From the IMG/VR virus record IMGVR_UViG_3300042391_000634, positions 124,001-188,000 of that record: a stretch of DNA of 64,000 nt, one strand, 5' to 3'. Each line of letters begins with the position of its first letter. Position 1 is the first letter of the stretch. The translations under genes were made by a program, and so were the position numbers. Under the pieces are notes generated by a model. That model did not search any database and was not told the DNA's origin. It saw only the letters and a program-made list of their open reading frames with translations. Shown one piece after another: positions 54,828 to 64,000 of this stretch.

Positions 54828-55841
54828 ATGAGTAAATTATTTACAGATAGAATTGCATATAAACCATTTGAATTTCCTGATTATTATAATGAAGGTTGGT
54901 TAAAACAAATGCAGGCATTTTGGTTACACACTGAAATACCAATGCAAGGAGATATAAAAGATTGGAATGAAAATTTAACAAAAGAAGAAAAACATTTAGT
55001 TGGTAATATTCTTTTAGGTTTTGCACAAACCGAATGTGCGGTATCAGACTATTGGACGGGTATGGTTACCAAATGGTTTCCAAAGCATGAGATTAGACAA
55101 ATGGCAATGGCATTTGGTTCTCAAGAAACAATTCATTCAGTAGCATATTCATATCTTAATGAAACATTAGGATTAGATGACTTCGCAGGTTTTATGCATG
55201 ATGAAGTTATGAAAGAAAGATTTGAGTTGTTAACAAATACAACCGCAGATTGGACTCCAAAAGATTTAGAAAAGAATCATACTGCTAGAGTTGAGGTTGC
55301 TCGTTCACTTGCAATATTTTCGGCATTTGCAGAAGGTGTGGCATTATACTCATCATTTGCTGTGTTATATTCTTTCCAAATGAGAAATCTATTGAAAGGA
55401 ATTGGACAACAAATGAAGTGGAGTGTTAGAGATGAATCCCTACATTCAAAGATGGGTTGTCAATTATTTAGACATATGTGTCAAGAGTTTCCTGAATTAT
55501 TAGAGGAAGCTAAAAAAGATATCTACGAAGCTGCACTAATCATTAGAGATTTAGAACATAAATTTATTGATAAGATTTTTGAACAAGGAGATTTAGAAAA
55601 TCTTAAAAAGAATGACTTAAAAGAATTTATTACAAAAAGAATTAATGAGAAATTAGCGGAGTTAGGATACAGCCCAATTAAAGGTACTGAAGATTATTTT
55701 GAATTTAACGAAAAGAAAGCATCTGAATTAGATTGGTTTTATCATTTGACTGGCGGCGTTACACATACGGATTTCTTCGCAATGAGACCTACTGATTATA
55801 GTAAGGCCGGTGAAGGAGAAAATTGGGACGATATATTTTAA
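54828..55841 (+). CDS. nrdB: Class I ribonucleotide reductase, beta subunit
   Basis: Diiron ligands in QTECAV, QETIHSVAY, FAEGVALYSSF, RDESLH. Confidence 0.96.
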   Translation: MSKLFTDRIAYKPFEFPDYYNEGWLKQMQAFWLHTEIPMQGDIKDWNENLTKEEKHLVGNILLGFAQTECAVSDYWTGMVTKWFPKHEIRQMAMAFGSQETIHSVAYSYLNETLGLDDFAGFMHDEVMKERFELLTNTTADWTPKDLEKNHTARVEVARSLAIFSAFAEGVALYSSFAVLYSFQMRNLLKGIGQQMKWSVRDESLHSKMGCQLFRHMCQEFPELLEEAKKDIYEAALIIRDLEHKFIDKIFEQGDLENLKKNDLKEFITKRINEKLAELGYSPIKGTEDYFEFNEKKASELDWFYHLTGGVTHTDFFAMRPTDYSKAGEGENWDDIF

Positions 55842-55859
55842 AAAAAAAATTAATAGATT

Positions 55860-57638
55860 ATGAAATACTACGGAGAAGAACTCGGGTGGGAAATTGGTGT
55901 CGACTACCCTGAATGGGCAAACACAGAAATATATGTTAAAACTATTTCAAAAGGTTATTTACAAGAAGGTGAAAAACCAAAAGATGCATATTGGAGAGTT
56001 GCAACAACGGTTGCCAAAAGATTAGGTAAACCAGCGTTAGCAACAAAATTTTTTGATTACATTTGGAAAGGTTGGTTATGTTTGGCAACACCTGTATTAT
56101 CAAATACAGGAACAGATAGAGGATTACCAATCTCTTGTTTTGGTATTGATGTAGGTGATAGTATTTATGAAATTGGTAACAAGAATTTAGAATTAATGTT
56201 ACTTGCAAAACATGGAGGTGGTGTTGGAGTTGGTATTAATATGATTAGACCCGCAGGCACAAAAATAACAGGTAACGGAACTTCAGATGGTGTAATTCCA
56301 TTTATTAAAATTTACGATTCAACAATCCTTGCAACAAATCAAGGCTCAGTTCGTAGAGGTGCGGCATCAGTTAATATTAAAATTGAACATAAAGACTTTG
56401 AAGATTTTTTAGAAGTTAGAGAACCAAAAGGTGATGTGAATCGTCAATCACTTAACTTACATCAATGTGTTGTGGTTAGTGATAAGTTTATGAAGAAGTT
56501 AGAGGAAGGTGATAGTGAAGCTCGTAGAAAATGGGGAAAGTTATTACAAAAAAGAAAGGCAACAGGAGAACCTTATATTATGTTCAAGGGTAATGTAAAC
56601 AAAGCAAATCCTGAAATGTATAAGAAGAATGGATTGAAAGTTCACATGACTAACATCTGTTCTGAAATTGTTTTACACACAGACGAACAACATTCATTCG
56701 TTTGTTGTTTAAGTTCTTTGAACTTAGCAAAATATGACGAATGGAAAGATACAGATTTAGTTTATACATCTACTATTTTCTTAGATGGCGTATTAGAAGA
56801 GTTCATTCAGAGAGCAAAAAATATGAGAGGATTTGAAAACGCGGTTCGTTCAGCTGAAAGAGGAAGAGCACTTGGTTTAGGTGTATTAGGATGGCACACA
56901 TACCTACAACAAAAAGGTATTCCATTTGAAGGGTTACCAGCACAATTTGAAACTCGTAAAATATTTTCTCAAATCAAGATTGAATCTGAAAGGGCAAGTA
57001 GAGATATGGCAAAAGAATTAGGAGAACCATTATGGTGTAAAGATTTTGGTATGAGGAATACACACTTAAGAGCGGTGGCACCTACAGTATCAAACTCTAA
57101 ATTGAGTGGTAATGTAAGTAGTGGTATTGAACCATGGGCGGCAAATGTATTCACCGAACAAACATCAAAAGGAACTTTTATTCGTAAAAATCCTGAATTA
57201 GAAAGAGTGTTACGTAAAATGGGTAAAAATACAAAAGAGGTATGGGACCAAATTTTATCTGACGGTGGTTCGGTATTGGGTTTGGATTTCTTGGATGATT
57301 ATTGTTTTATTGATTCAAAAGTGGTTGAAGTTAAAGATGTTGAGGAAGTGAATAAATATAAAATGATTCCAATTAGAGATGTGTTCAAAACATTTAAAGA
57401 AATTAACCAATTAGATTTAATCAGACAAGCTGGCATTAGACAACAATATATTGACCAAGCGGTTTCGTTAAACTTAGCTTTTCCCGCAGTTGCTGAACCA
57501 AAATGGGTAAATCAAGTTCATTTAGAGGCGTGGAAACAAGGTGTTAAGACACTATATTATATGAGAACTGAATCGGTATTGAGAGGTGACATTGCACAAC
57601 AAGCAATGAATCCAGATTGTGTAAGCTGTGAAGCATAA
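55860..57638 (+). CDS. nrdA: Class I ribonucleotide reductase, alpha subunit (no ATP-cone)
   Basis: ATPVLSN, PISCF, TNICSEI, CCLSSLN, GLGVLG, APTVSNS, TLYY, C-terminal CVSCEA. Confidence 0.97.
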   Translation: MKYYGEELGWEIGVDYPEWANTEIYVKTISKGYLQEGEKPKDAYWRVATTVAKRLGKPALATKFFDYIWKGWLCLATPVLSNTGTDRGLPISCFGIDVGDSIYEIGNKNLELMLLAKHGGGVGVGINMIRPAGTKITGNGTSDGVIPFIKIYDSTILATNQGSVRRGAASVNIKIEHKDFEDFLEVREPKGDVNRQSLNLHQCVVVSDKFMKKLEEGDSEARRKWGKLLQKRKATGEPYIMFKGNVNKANPEMYKKNGLKVHMTNICSEIVLHTDEQHSFVCCLSSLNLAKYDEWKDTDLVYTSTIFLDGVLEEFIQRAKNMRGFENAVRSAERGRALGLGVLGWHTYLQQKGIPFEGLPAQFETRKIFSQIKIESERASRDMAKELGEPLWCKDFGMRNTHLRAVAPTVSNSKLSGNVSSGIEPWAANVFTEQTSKGTFIRKNPELERVLRKMGKNTKEVWDQILSDGGSVLGLDFLDDYCFIDSKVVEVKDVEEVNKYKMIPIRDVFKTFKEINQLDLIRQAGIRQQYIDQAVSLNLAFPAVAEPKWVNQVHLEAWKQGVKTLYYMRTESVLRGDIAQQAMNPDCVSCEA

Positions 57639-57663
57639 GTTGGATATTTATAAAAAAAAGAAA

Positions 57664-57927
57664 ATGGTAGAGGTAAAAAAATTTGGGGCTTCTTGGTGTG
57701 GCCCGTGTAGAGCATTAGCACCTATATTAACTGAAATAAAGTCACAATTTAATAATGTTTTATTTACAGAACATGATGTTGATGATGATTATGAAGAGGC
57801 AACAAAATACGAAATAAGGTCCGTCCCAACAGTCATCTTAATAAAAGATGGTGTGGAGGTCGATAGAATAATTGGTTTAGCCGCAAAATCCAAATATGTT
57901 GGATTGATAAACGAACAGACAAATTAG
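57664..57927 (+). CDS. trxA: Thioredoxin
   Basis: WCGPC active site and cis-Pro segment SVPT. The ORF track starts at 57628; the ATG at 57664 follows a TATTTAT box and an A-rich leader. Confidence 0.93.
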   Translation: MVEVKKFGASWCGPCRALAPILTEIKSQFNNVLFTEHDVDDDYEEATKYEIRSVPTVILIKDGVEVDRIIGLAAKSKYVGLINEQTN

Positions 57928-57937
57928 TAAAATTTAG

Positions 57938-57965
57938 AAACCAAGACTCAAATCTTGGTTTTTTT
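57938..57965 (+). terminator. Intrinsic terminator after the RNR-thioredoxin operon
   Basis: AAACCAAGA-CTCAAA-TCTTGGTTT plus a T run. Confidence 0.85.
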
Positions 57966-58014
57966 ATTAAAACTATATACATAACCATTTTGTGTTTGTT
58001 TATATTTATTGAAT

Positions 58015-58467
58015 ATGGCAGTAACATACGGTATTGATTATCCATTTAGAGACAGTTCCAAGGGAGATTATCTGAACATGACAGAAATCCCTGAGAAAGA
58101 GATTAGGGCCAACCTAATACACCTTATTTTAACAAGAAAAGGTAGTAGGTATTATTTACCTGATTTTGGAACTAGAATGTATGAATTTATTTTTGAACAG
58201 AATGATTTTGTTACACATAATTTAATTGAAGAAGAAGTAAGGGAGGGTGTAAAAAAATACATACCAAATTTAGAGATTAATTCAATATCAATAATGTCAG
58301 CTGAAGATGACCCTGATGAACGTAGAAGTTCCAATCAAGAAGAAGATGAAAGACTATATAGAGTTTCTGAGGAATCAACAAAACCATATACTGCGGTGGT
58401 TAAAATAGATTATACCGTAAATAATGGATCATTTTCCACATCTGACTTTATAATTTTAAACATATAA
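58015..58467 (+). CDS. gp25: Baseplate wedge subunit (gp25 family)
   Basis: IRANLIHLILTRKGSRYYLPDFGTR...IKKYIP-like segment; TATTTAT box at 58003-58009. Confidence 0.9.
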   Translation: MAVTYGIDYPFRDSSKGDYLNMTEIPEKEIRANLIHLILTRKGSRYYLPDFGTRMYEFIFEQNDFVTHNLIEEEVREGVKKYIPNLEINSISIMSAEDDPDERRSSNQEEDERLYRVSEESTKPYTAVVKIDYTVNNGSFSTSDFIILNI

Positions 58468-58468
58468 A

Positions 58469-60301
58469 ATGAGCAAACAAATATCATACGCAACAAGAGA
58501 TTTCCAAGGATTAAGAAATGAATTGGTAACACTAACTAAAGATTATTATCCTGACTTAGTTAAGAATTTTAACGATGCATCGGTCTATTCGGTGTTATTG
58601 GATATCAATGCTGCGGTTGCGGATAATCTACATTTTCATATAGATAGAGTTTGGCAGGAAACTATGTTGGATTTTGCTCAACAAAGACAATCATTATATC
58701 ATATTGCTAAAACATATGGATTAAAAATACCTGGAGTTAGACCTTCCGTTGCGTTATGTGATTTTTCAATAACAGTACCGGTGAGAGGTGATAAAGAAGA
58801 TACGAGATATTTGGGTATATTAAAAGGTGGGGCTCAGGTTTCTGGCGGAGGTCAAATATTTGAAACAATAGAGGATATAGATTTCTCAATTCCATTTAAT
58901 AAGAAGGGAGAACCCAATAGATTAAAAATACCGAATTTTGATGCAAATAACAGATTAATATCATACACAATCACAAAGAGAGAAGCGGTTGTAAATGGTG
59001 TTACTAAAATATACAGAAGGGTTATAAATCAAATTGACCAAAAACCATTTTTAAAATTATACTTACCCGAACAAAACGTTTTAGGTGTTACATCGGTTAT
59101 ACATAAAGACGGAACCAATTTTGCTAGTAATCCAACATCAAATGAATTTAATAGTGCAACAAATAAGTGGTATGAGGTAAAATCGTTGATGCAAGATAAA
59201 GTTTTTATTCCTGACCCAAGTGCAGTATCTGATACTAATAACTTTACGGCGGGAACTTTCTTAGGTGTTAATAATAAATTTGTAACAGAATATACACCTG
59301 AAAATTATTTTTCATTAACTTTTGGTTCTGGAACGGTTAATCCACTTGATAATTTGGATGATTACATGACAGGAAAATTAAAAGTTAATTTGGCTAGTTA
59401 CCTTAATAACCTATCGTTAGGTTCTACACCAAAACTTAATACCACCATATTCGTGAAATATCGTGTTGGTGGGGGTAAAGACAGTAATTTAGGGGTTAAT
59501 GTTATCACAAGTGTAGATGATGTTGAATTTACAGTTTCAGGTCCCGTATCGACAATAAATTCACAAGTTGTTCAATCTTTAAGAGTTCTTAATATAACAC
59601 CTGCTGTAGGTGGTGCAGACCAACCAACAACTGAAGAGGTTCGTAATATGGTTTCGTATAATTTTGCAGCACAAAACAGAGCCGTTACATTAAATGACTA
59701 TAAATCATTAATTGAAACTATGCCATCCACATATGGTGCTCCGGCTAAAGTTAACGTTATGGAGGAAGACAATAAGGTTAGAATTAAATTATTATCATAT
59801 GATGATAAGGGTAATTTAACGGATACCGTTTCTAACACATTAAAATCCAATATATTATCATATCTTTCTGAATATAAAATGATTAATGACTACATTGACA
59901 TTGTAAGTGGTGAGGTTATTGATTTAGGTTTAGAGATTGATTTAAACATTGATAAAAACGCTAATCAAACCGATATAACCCAAACTGTTATTGATGATGT
60001 AATAAGTTATTTTGACTATTCTAAACGTAAAATGGGAGATCCATTATTCATTGGAGCGTTAAACAAAATAATCGGTAGTGTAACTGGAGTTATTAATGTA
60101 ATTGAAATTAGAGCTTACAATAAAATAGGTGGAGAATATTCATCCGCTCAGGTTTCTCAAACATACAAGGATAACACAACTAAAGAAATTGCACAATCAG
60201 ATAGTATTATATTCATGAAATCAAATCAAATATTTCAAATCAGGTTCCCAAATAAAGACATCAAGGTTAGAGTTAAAACTTTAGGGACGACTACCTTTTA
60301 A
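58469..60301 (+). CDS. gp6: Baseplate wedge subunit (gp6/baseplate J-like)
   Basis: YATRDFQGLRNEL, FHIDRVWQE, YRVGGG, GGADQ, AQNRAVTLNDY. Confidence 0.85.
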   Translation: MSKQISYATRDFQGLRNELVTLTKDYYPDLVKNFNDASVYSVLLDINAAVADNLHFHIDRVWQETMLDFAQQRQSLYHIAKTYGLKIPGVRPSVALCDFSITVPVRGDKEDTRYLGILKGGAQVSGGGQIFETIEDIDFSIPFNKKGEPNRLKIPNFDANNRLISYTITKREAVVNGVTKIYRRVINQIDQKPFLKLYLPEQNVLGVTSVIHKDGTNFASNPTSNEFNSATNKWYEVKSLMQDKVFIPDPSAVSDTNNFTAGTFLGVNNKFVTEYTPENYFSLTFGSGTVNPLDNLDDYMTGKLKVNLASYLNNLSLGSTPKLNTTIFVKYRVGGGKDSNLGVNVITSVDDVEFTVSGPVSTINSQVVQSLRVLNITPAVGGADQPTTEEVRNMVSYNFAAQNRAVTLNDYKSLIETMPSTYGAPAKVNVMEEDNKVRIKLLSYDDKGNLTDTVSNTLKSNILSYLSEYKMINDYIDIVSGEVIDLGLEIDLNIDKNANQTDITQTVIDDVISYFDYSKRKMGDPLFIGALNKIIGSVTGVINVIEIRAYNKIGGEYSSAQVSQTYKDNTTKEIAQSDSIIFMKSNQIFQIRFPNKDIKVRVKTLGTTTF

Positions 60302-60355
60302 AATGTTTTTTCGTTATAATAATAGAAAATCACATAGTTTCTATTTATTATAAGA

Positions 60356-63300
60356 ATGATACAAAAGCATAGAATTTCGACTGACATTGGTAAAGACCAA
60401 AAGATTACGGTAGAATTGAAACAAGATTTTGATGTGCTTGAAATTTTATCATTAAAATTCAGTCAACAAGATATCTACACTTCAATTTGTTCGGACTATG
60501 GTGTTGTTTGTGGTAGAATTACCGCTAACAATGGTTTTGGAGTTGGTAACGCTCGTGTTTCTATTTTTATCCCTTTAGATACGGAAGATGAGGATGATCC
60601 GGTGATATCTAAATTATACCCATACAAAGAGGTTACCGATAAAGACGATTCTAATTATAGATATAATTTATTACCATCAAGACAACAACACGGAGGACAT
60701 GCGGCAACAGGTACATTTCCTGACCAATCTGATATTTTAACAAGAGAAGAGGTTTTAGAGGTATATGAAAAGTATTACAAATACACAGTAAAAACAAATA
60801 GTGCTGGTGATTTTATGATTTGGGGTGTGCCGACAGGTAATCAAACAATTCATGTAGATGTTGACTTATCTGATATTGGTTGTTTTTCATTAAGACCTAA
60901 TGATTTTATTAGACAAGGGGTTGGACTTGATGCGTTTAAAAACAAATACTCTTTTAAAGCTTCTGAAGATATAAATTCGTTACCTCAAATTATTACGTTT
61001 GATAAAATAATTGAAGTATACCCATTTTGGGGAAATGAGGATATATGTGAAATTGGTATTACAAGAAGTGATTTTGATTTAACAGAAAAAGGAGTTAAGA
61101 TACAACCTAAGGCACATCTTATTGGTGGAATTTATACAGATAGTGGTAAAAATGCAATTAACAAAAGCTGCACTCCAAGAAGAAAGATGGGTAGAAAATG
61201 TGATATGGTTGCTAAATCTGGAAAAATAGAGGCTATTCGGTTTCTACCAATTAAAGATGAACTTAATAGACCATATTTAGAATATGTTGAATTAAATGAA
61301 GATATACCAGATGATGGTGGATTTGTATTACCATTAGAAATGAATATGGACTATGTTTATACAAATGAATTTGGTGAAAATGAAATTACAAATGACCCAA
61401 ATAAAGGTATCCCAACGTCCGCTTGTTATAGATTAAGAATTAATTTAAACGATAATGGTTTATCAAGAGTTAGAGCTAATGCCGATTATTTAATTCCAAA
61501 CATTAGAGAATATAGTAACGATATTGATAGTTCATATTATTTTGGCACGGAATATAGTGGTTATCCGTCAGGTGCACAAAGTTTAATTTTAAATAATGAA
61601 GGTGGAGAATTTTATCCACAAGATTATTTTTATCGTTTTAATTATAATAAAGTTTATACATTATCAGAATTTCATAGTCATTATATTGGAAATGATATTT
61701 TAGGAAGACCAGGATTTGCTAACATAACTGATTTACATCCAAGTGAAGAGGAAGACTGTGGAGATAAATTAACACCACCATCTAATTTTGGTTATAAAAA
61801 TTATTCATTCACATTATTAATTGCCGATTTTTTATTGTTATTAGATTACGCTGTTAAATTTGTAACATTACAAGCGTTAAATTTTTTGGTTAAAGATGTA
61901 TTAGGACCTTTTGCTGAATTATTAATTGATATTGGGCTTACTAAAGGTGCAGGTAGAAGATTAAGAAGAACAGTTAGTTTATTACAGATTAATAATACAA
62001 CAAATTTACAATTAATAAATTTTCCAGAGTGTGAAGAATGTGATGGAAGTAACACTGGTAATTGTACTATGTATGATAATGTTTATGATGATAATTTAGC
62101 CACCGGATATTTTATTGATAATGGTTTAGGTGGAAGAACATACGTTGCAAATATAACAGTTGGTCAAACAATTGTAGGTGTTTTATTAGCGGGAGACAGC
62201 ACCTATGTTCGTAGATCACAACCAACTTATGCGGGTGACCCAAATATTAGAGATATGGAAGGTGAAGTTTGGTATTTACAAGCTTTACCATTAAGTCATA
62301 GAAGTGAATTTAGTAATGGTGTTTTTACTGTTGTTCCAGGAACACAAACAACATCTAGATTAACACAAATTTTAAAAGAATATTATAAAAGAAAAAGAGT
62401 AGGTAAAATGTTTTGTGGAGGAATAGTCAATTATGGTTTTATTGATAATTGGTTATCTGGATCTTTATATTTTTTACAATTTAAAGTTAAAGGATTATCA
62501 TCTGGAGTTGAAACATCCATAAGATATTGTAGAGATTTAGTTAGATTTGTGGGTAATGGTGTAAATAGATTTTATTACAGATCAGCACCATTTAATGGAA
62601 GCAACTTTACATCTGTAAAACATCCTACAACATTTGTTGATTTAGGACCTAGAGATGAATTTATTAAAGAAATATGTGTTGATTCAACATTAGATCCAAA
62701 CTGTTCAGTATCACGTTCAATTGGTGCAACATCTTATCAAGATATGGGTGAATTAATAGGGTTAGCAATTAATTATAGAATGGACGTTGCTGGTGTAAAC
62801 GGAAATTTGGATATATTTTTTGATAATAAAGGTTTCTCAAGTAAAGTGTCGTTACCAAAAGTTTTAGATGGTGATATATTACAATTATTATCAATAAATA
62901 ACGAAGTCGGAATAAAACAATTTGATTTACAAAGTTCAAGATATGTTGGGTATCAATTTAACTATTTAGATCCAGAAGAATATCCTGAATTTTTCAAAGT
63001 TAATGGTGATTGGGGTCCCCTACCTGTAACATTTGAATTAGATGAAGATGACGGTGAAAGAGTTAGATTATGTTTAAATGAACCAACACATTTAGGATAT
63101 ACGGGAAATGTAGTGCAAGGTAGATTAACAGAATCATCACAAAGAATACCATTTTATTTATGGGATAAAGGAGGACCTGGATTTGGCCCAAGTGGAATTA
63201 ATCAAAACAACCAATCTTGGGATTATGGAACATTACAGGTGCAACCATTACAAGGTATGACATATGGTTACAATATACCACATACATCACCAAATGATGA

Positions 63301-63748
63301 TAGTGACCCATATATGTTATTACCAATGACAAATAATTTTTCAGGTAAAACGGTAACAGGATTAGACCTTGTTAGTTCTATTGAATTTAATGTCATTTCC
63401 GCAAACGATAAAAACCCATCATACGATGGTGAATACCCTGGTTTTAGTTATTTATATGTTCCAGGTTGGAACGAGATTGATGAACCAACATCAGGGACGT
63501 TATATATAAGAGTTGGACCTGCTGAATATAACTCACCCGATAGTTTAGTAGTTAATGGTTGGCAAACAATATCATGGAACACAAGTGTGGATATAATTTT
63601 ACCATATAGAAAAGATTATTACGATGGAAATAAACAAATACTTTCAACCCCATTCCAATTTTATTTTGGATTAAATGCGGGTAAAACGGGTATGGATAAA
63701 TTTATTGACCTATTCGGTCCTAATGGGGCATTCCCAACTGCAGAATAA
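60356..63748 (+). CDS. Large virion structural protein (baseplate/tail-associated)
   Basis: N-terminal beta-sandwich (VVCGRITANNGFGVGNARVSIF...TNSAGDFMIWGVPTG); TATTTAT box upstream; follows gp6. Confidence 0.6.
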   Translation: MIQKHRISTDIGKDQKITVELKQDFDVLEILSLKFSQQDIYTSICSDYGVVCGRITANNGFGVGNARVSIFIPLDTEDEDDPVISKLYPYKEVTDKDDSNYRYNLLPSRQQHGGHAATGTFPDQSDILTREEVLEVYEKYYKYTVKTNSAGDFMIWGVPTGNQTIHVDVDLSDIGCFSLRPNDFIRQGVGLDAFKNKYSFKASEDINSLPQIITFDKIIEVYPFWGNEDICEIGITRSDFDLTEKGVKIQPKAHLIGGIYTDSGKNAINKSCTPRRKMGRKCDMVAKSGKIEAIRFLPIKDELNRPYLEYVELNEDIPDDGGFVLPLEMNMDYVYTNEFGENEITNDPNKGIPTSACYRLRINLNDNGLSRVRANADYLIPNIREYSNDIDSSYYFGTEYSGYPSGAQSLILNNEGGEFYPQDYFYRFNYNKVYTLSEFHSHYIGNDILGRPGFANITDLHPSEEEDCGDKLTPPSNFGYKNYSFTLLIADFLLLLDYAVKFVTLQALNFLVKDVLGPFAELLIDIGLTKGAGRRLRRTVSLLQINNTTNLQLINFPECEECDGSNTGNCTMYDNVYDDNLATGYFIDNGLGGRTYVANITVGQTIVGVLLAGDSTYVRRSQPTYAGDPNIRDMEGEVWYLQALPLSHRSEFSNGVFTVVPGTQTTSRLTQILKEYYKRKRVGKMFCGGIVNYGFIDNWLSGSLYFLQFKVKGLSSGVETSIRYCRDLVRFVGNGVNRFYYRSAPFNGSNFTSVKHPTTFVDLGPRDEFIKEICVDSTLDPNCSVSRSIGATSYQDMGELIGLAINYRMDVAGVNGNLDIFFDNKGFSSKVSLPKVLDGDILQLLSINNEVGIKQFDLQSSRYVGYQFNYLDPEEYPEFFKVNGDWGPLPVTFELDEDDGERVRLCLNEPTHLGYTGNVVQGRLTESSQRIPFYLWDKGGPGFGPSGINQNNQSWDYGTLQVQPLQGMTYGYNIPHTSPNDDSDPYMLLPMTNNFSGKTVTGLDLVSSIEFNVISANDKNPSYDGEYPGFSYLYVPGWNEIDEPTSGTLYIRVGPAEYNSPDSLVVNGWQTISWNTSVDIILPYRKDYYDGNKQILSTPFQFYFGLNAGKTGMDKFIDLFGPNGAFPTAE

Positions 63749-64000
63749 TGGAAAAGAAAGAAATATTATTACCGAGTAAAAGATACTTTAAGGCAGAAGA
63801 ACAAGATTTAAATCTTAGTGTTAAGTTAGATAATGATGAAACATTATTAAGAGAGGGAGATAAAGACATAGTATTAAATTTATCTGAATTATTTGATGAT
63901 GAAAGAAATGAATCAATTAATTATAAAATTTACGGTAAAATAAAAATGGTATTTAGAAACATGTATTCTGGATATACAGATTATACCCCTCTATTAAAAA
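63748..64000 (+). CDS. Hypothetical structural protein, 3' truncated by the window edge
   Basis: ATG overlaps the previous TAA (TAATG); reads MEKKEILLPSKRYFKAEEQDLNLSVKL... open to the end of the window. Confidence 0.7.
   Translation, partial: MEKKEILLPSKRYFKAEEQDLNLSVKLDNDETLLREGDKDIVLNLSELFDDERNESINYKIYGKIKMVFRNMYSGYTDYTPLLK

Noticed and set aside
22785-57638. Inteins or group I introns in PolB, SNF2, DnaB, NrdA and NrdB
   Set aside because: Catalytic motifs are in order at ordinary spacing, with no C/S...HN-C/S/T splice junctions or LAGLIDADG/HNH inserts noticed.
215-62055. Many 60-155 aa ORFs in the track that overlap longer genes (e.g. 215-400, 224-412, 1861-2106, 3524-3865, 10877-11344, 18087-18422, 23114-23446, 33293-33667, 39746-40099, 48643-49026, 52549-52920)
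   Set aside because: They are antisense or off-frame shadows of well-supported genes, with biased compositions expected from the opposite strand of AT-rich coding DNA and no independent promoter or motif support.
1-64000. Alternative genetic code (TAG or TGA recoding, known in some large Bacteroidota phages)
   Set aside because: Core genes are full length under the standard code, and TAG and TGA occur as true ends (e.g. thioredoxin TAG, dut TGA).
1-64000. tRNA, rRNA or CRISPR array
   Set aside because: No cloverleaf or T-loop motif seen in the few intergenic gaps; no repeat-spacer periodicity. The 14-bp repeat at 33878/33938 has only two copies. A tRNAscan/CRISPR scan was not run.

Overview
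AT-rich (roughly 30% GC by eye), densely coding 64-kb segment of a large T4-like contractile-tailed (myo-type, probably jumbo) dsDNA phage. The host is probably a Bacteroidota bacterium: leaders are A-rich without Shine-Dalgarno motifs, there is a DUF4494-like gene, and one TAnnTTTG promoter box. The genetic code is standard. The window carries head genes (scaffold, gp23 major capsid, neck gp13/gp14, gp15), tail genes (sheath, tube, chaperone, tape measure, tube initiator, hub, spike, gp53, gp25, gp6), replication/recombination genes (PolB, SNF2 helicase, SSB, UvsX/RecA, 5'-3' exonuclease, DnaB), nucleotide metabolism genes (NrdA/B, thioredoxin, dUTPase, PhoH), a gp55-like sigma factor and three glycosyltransferases. 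Main signals beyond the ORF track: (1) a 14/16 match to the bacterial parS consensus next to two 14-bp direct repeats and an AT-rich core in the sheath-tube gap, a candidate partition/origin locus; (2) a candidate +1 ribosomal frameshift (UUU_CGC) giving a G/GT-type tail chaperone before the tape measure gene; (3) an unannotated 52-aa ribbon-helix-helix-like gene with four AAAGATA boxes over the divergent sheath promoter; (4) a TATTTAT box upstream of 20 mostly virion genes, a probable late promoter; (5) a late operon of putative head-packaged proteins, including a stand-alone WYL domain, that share a C-terminal motif with the scaffold. All family assignments come from motif recognition by eye; no database searches were run.
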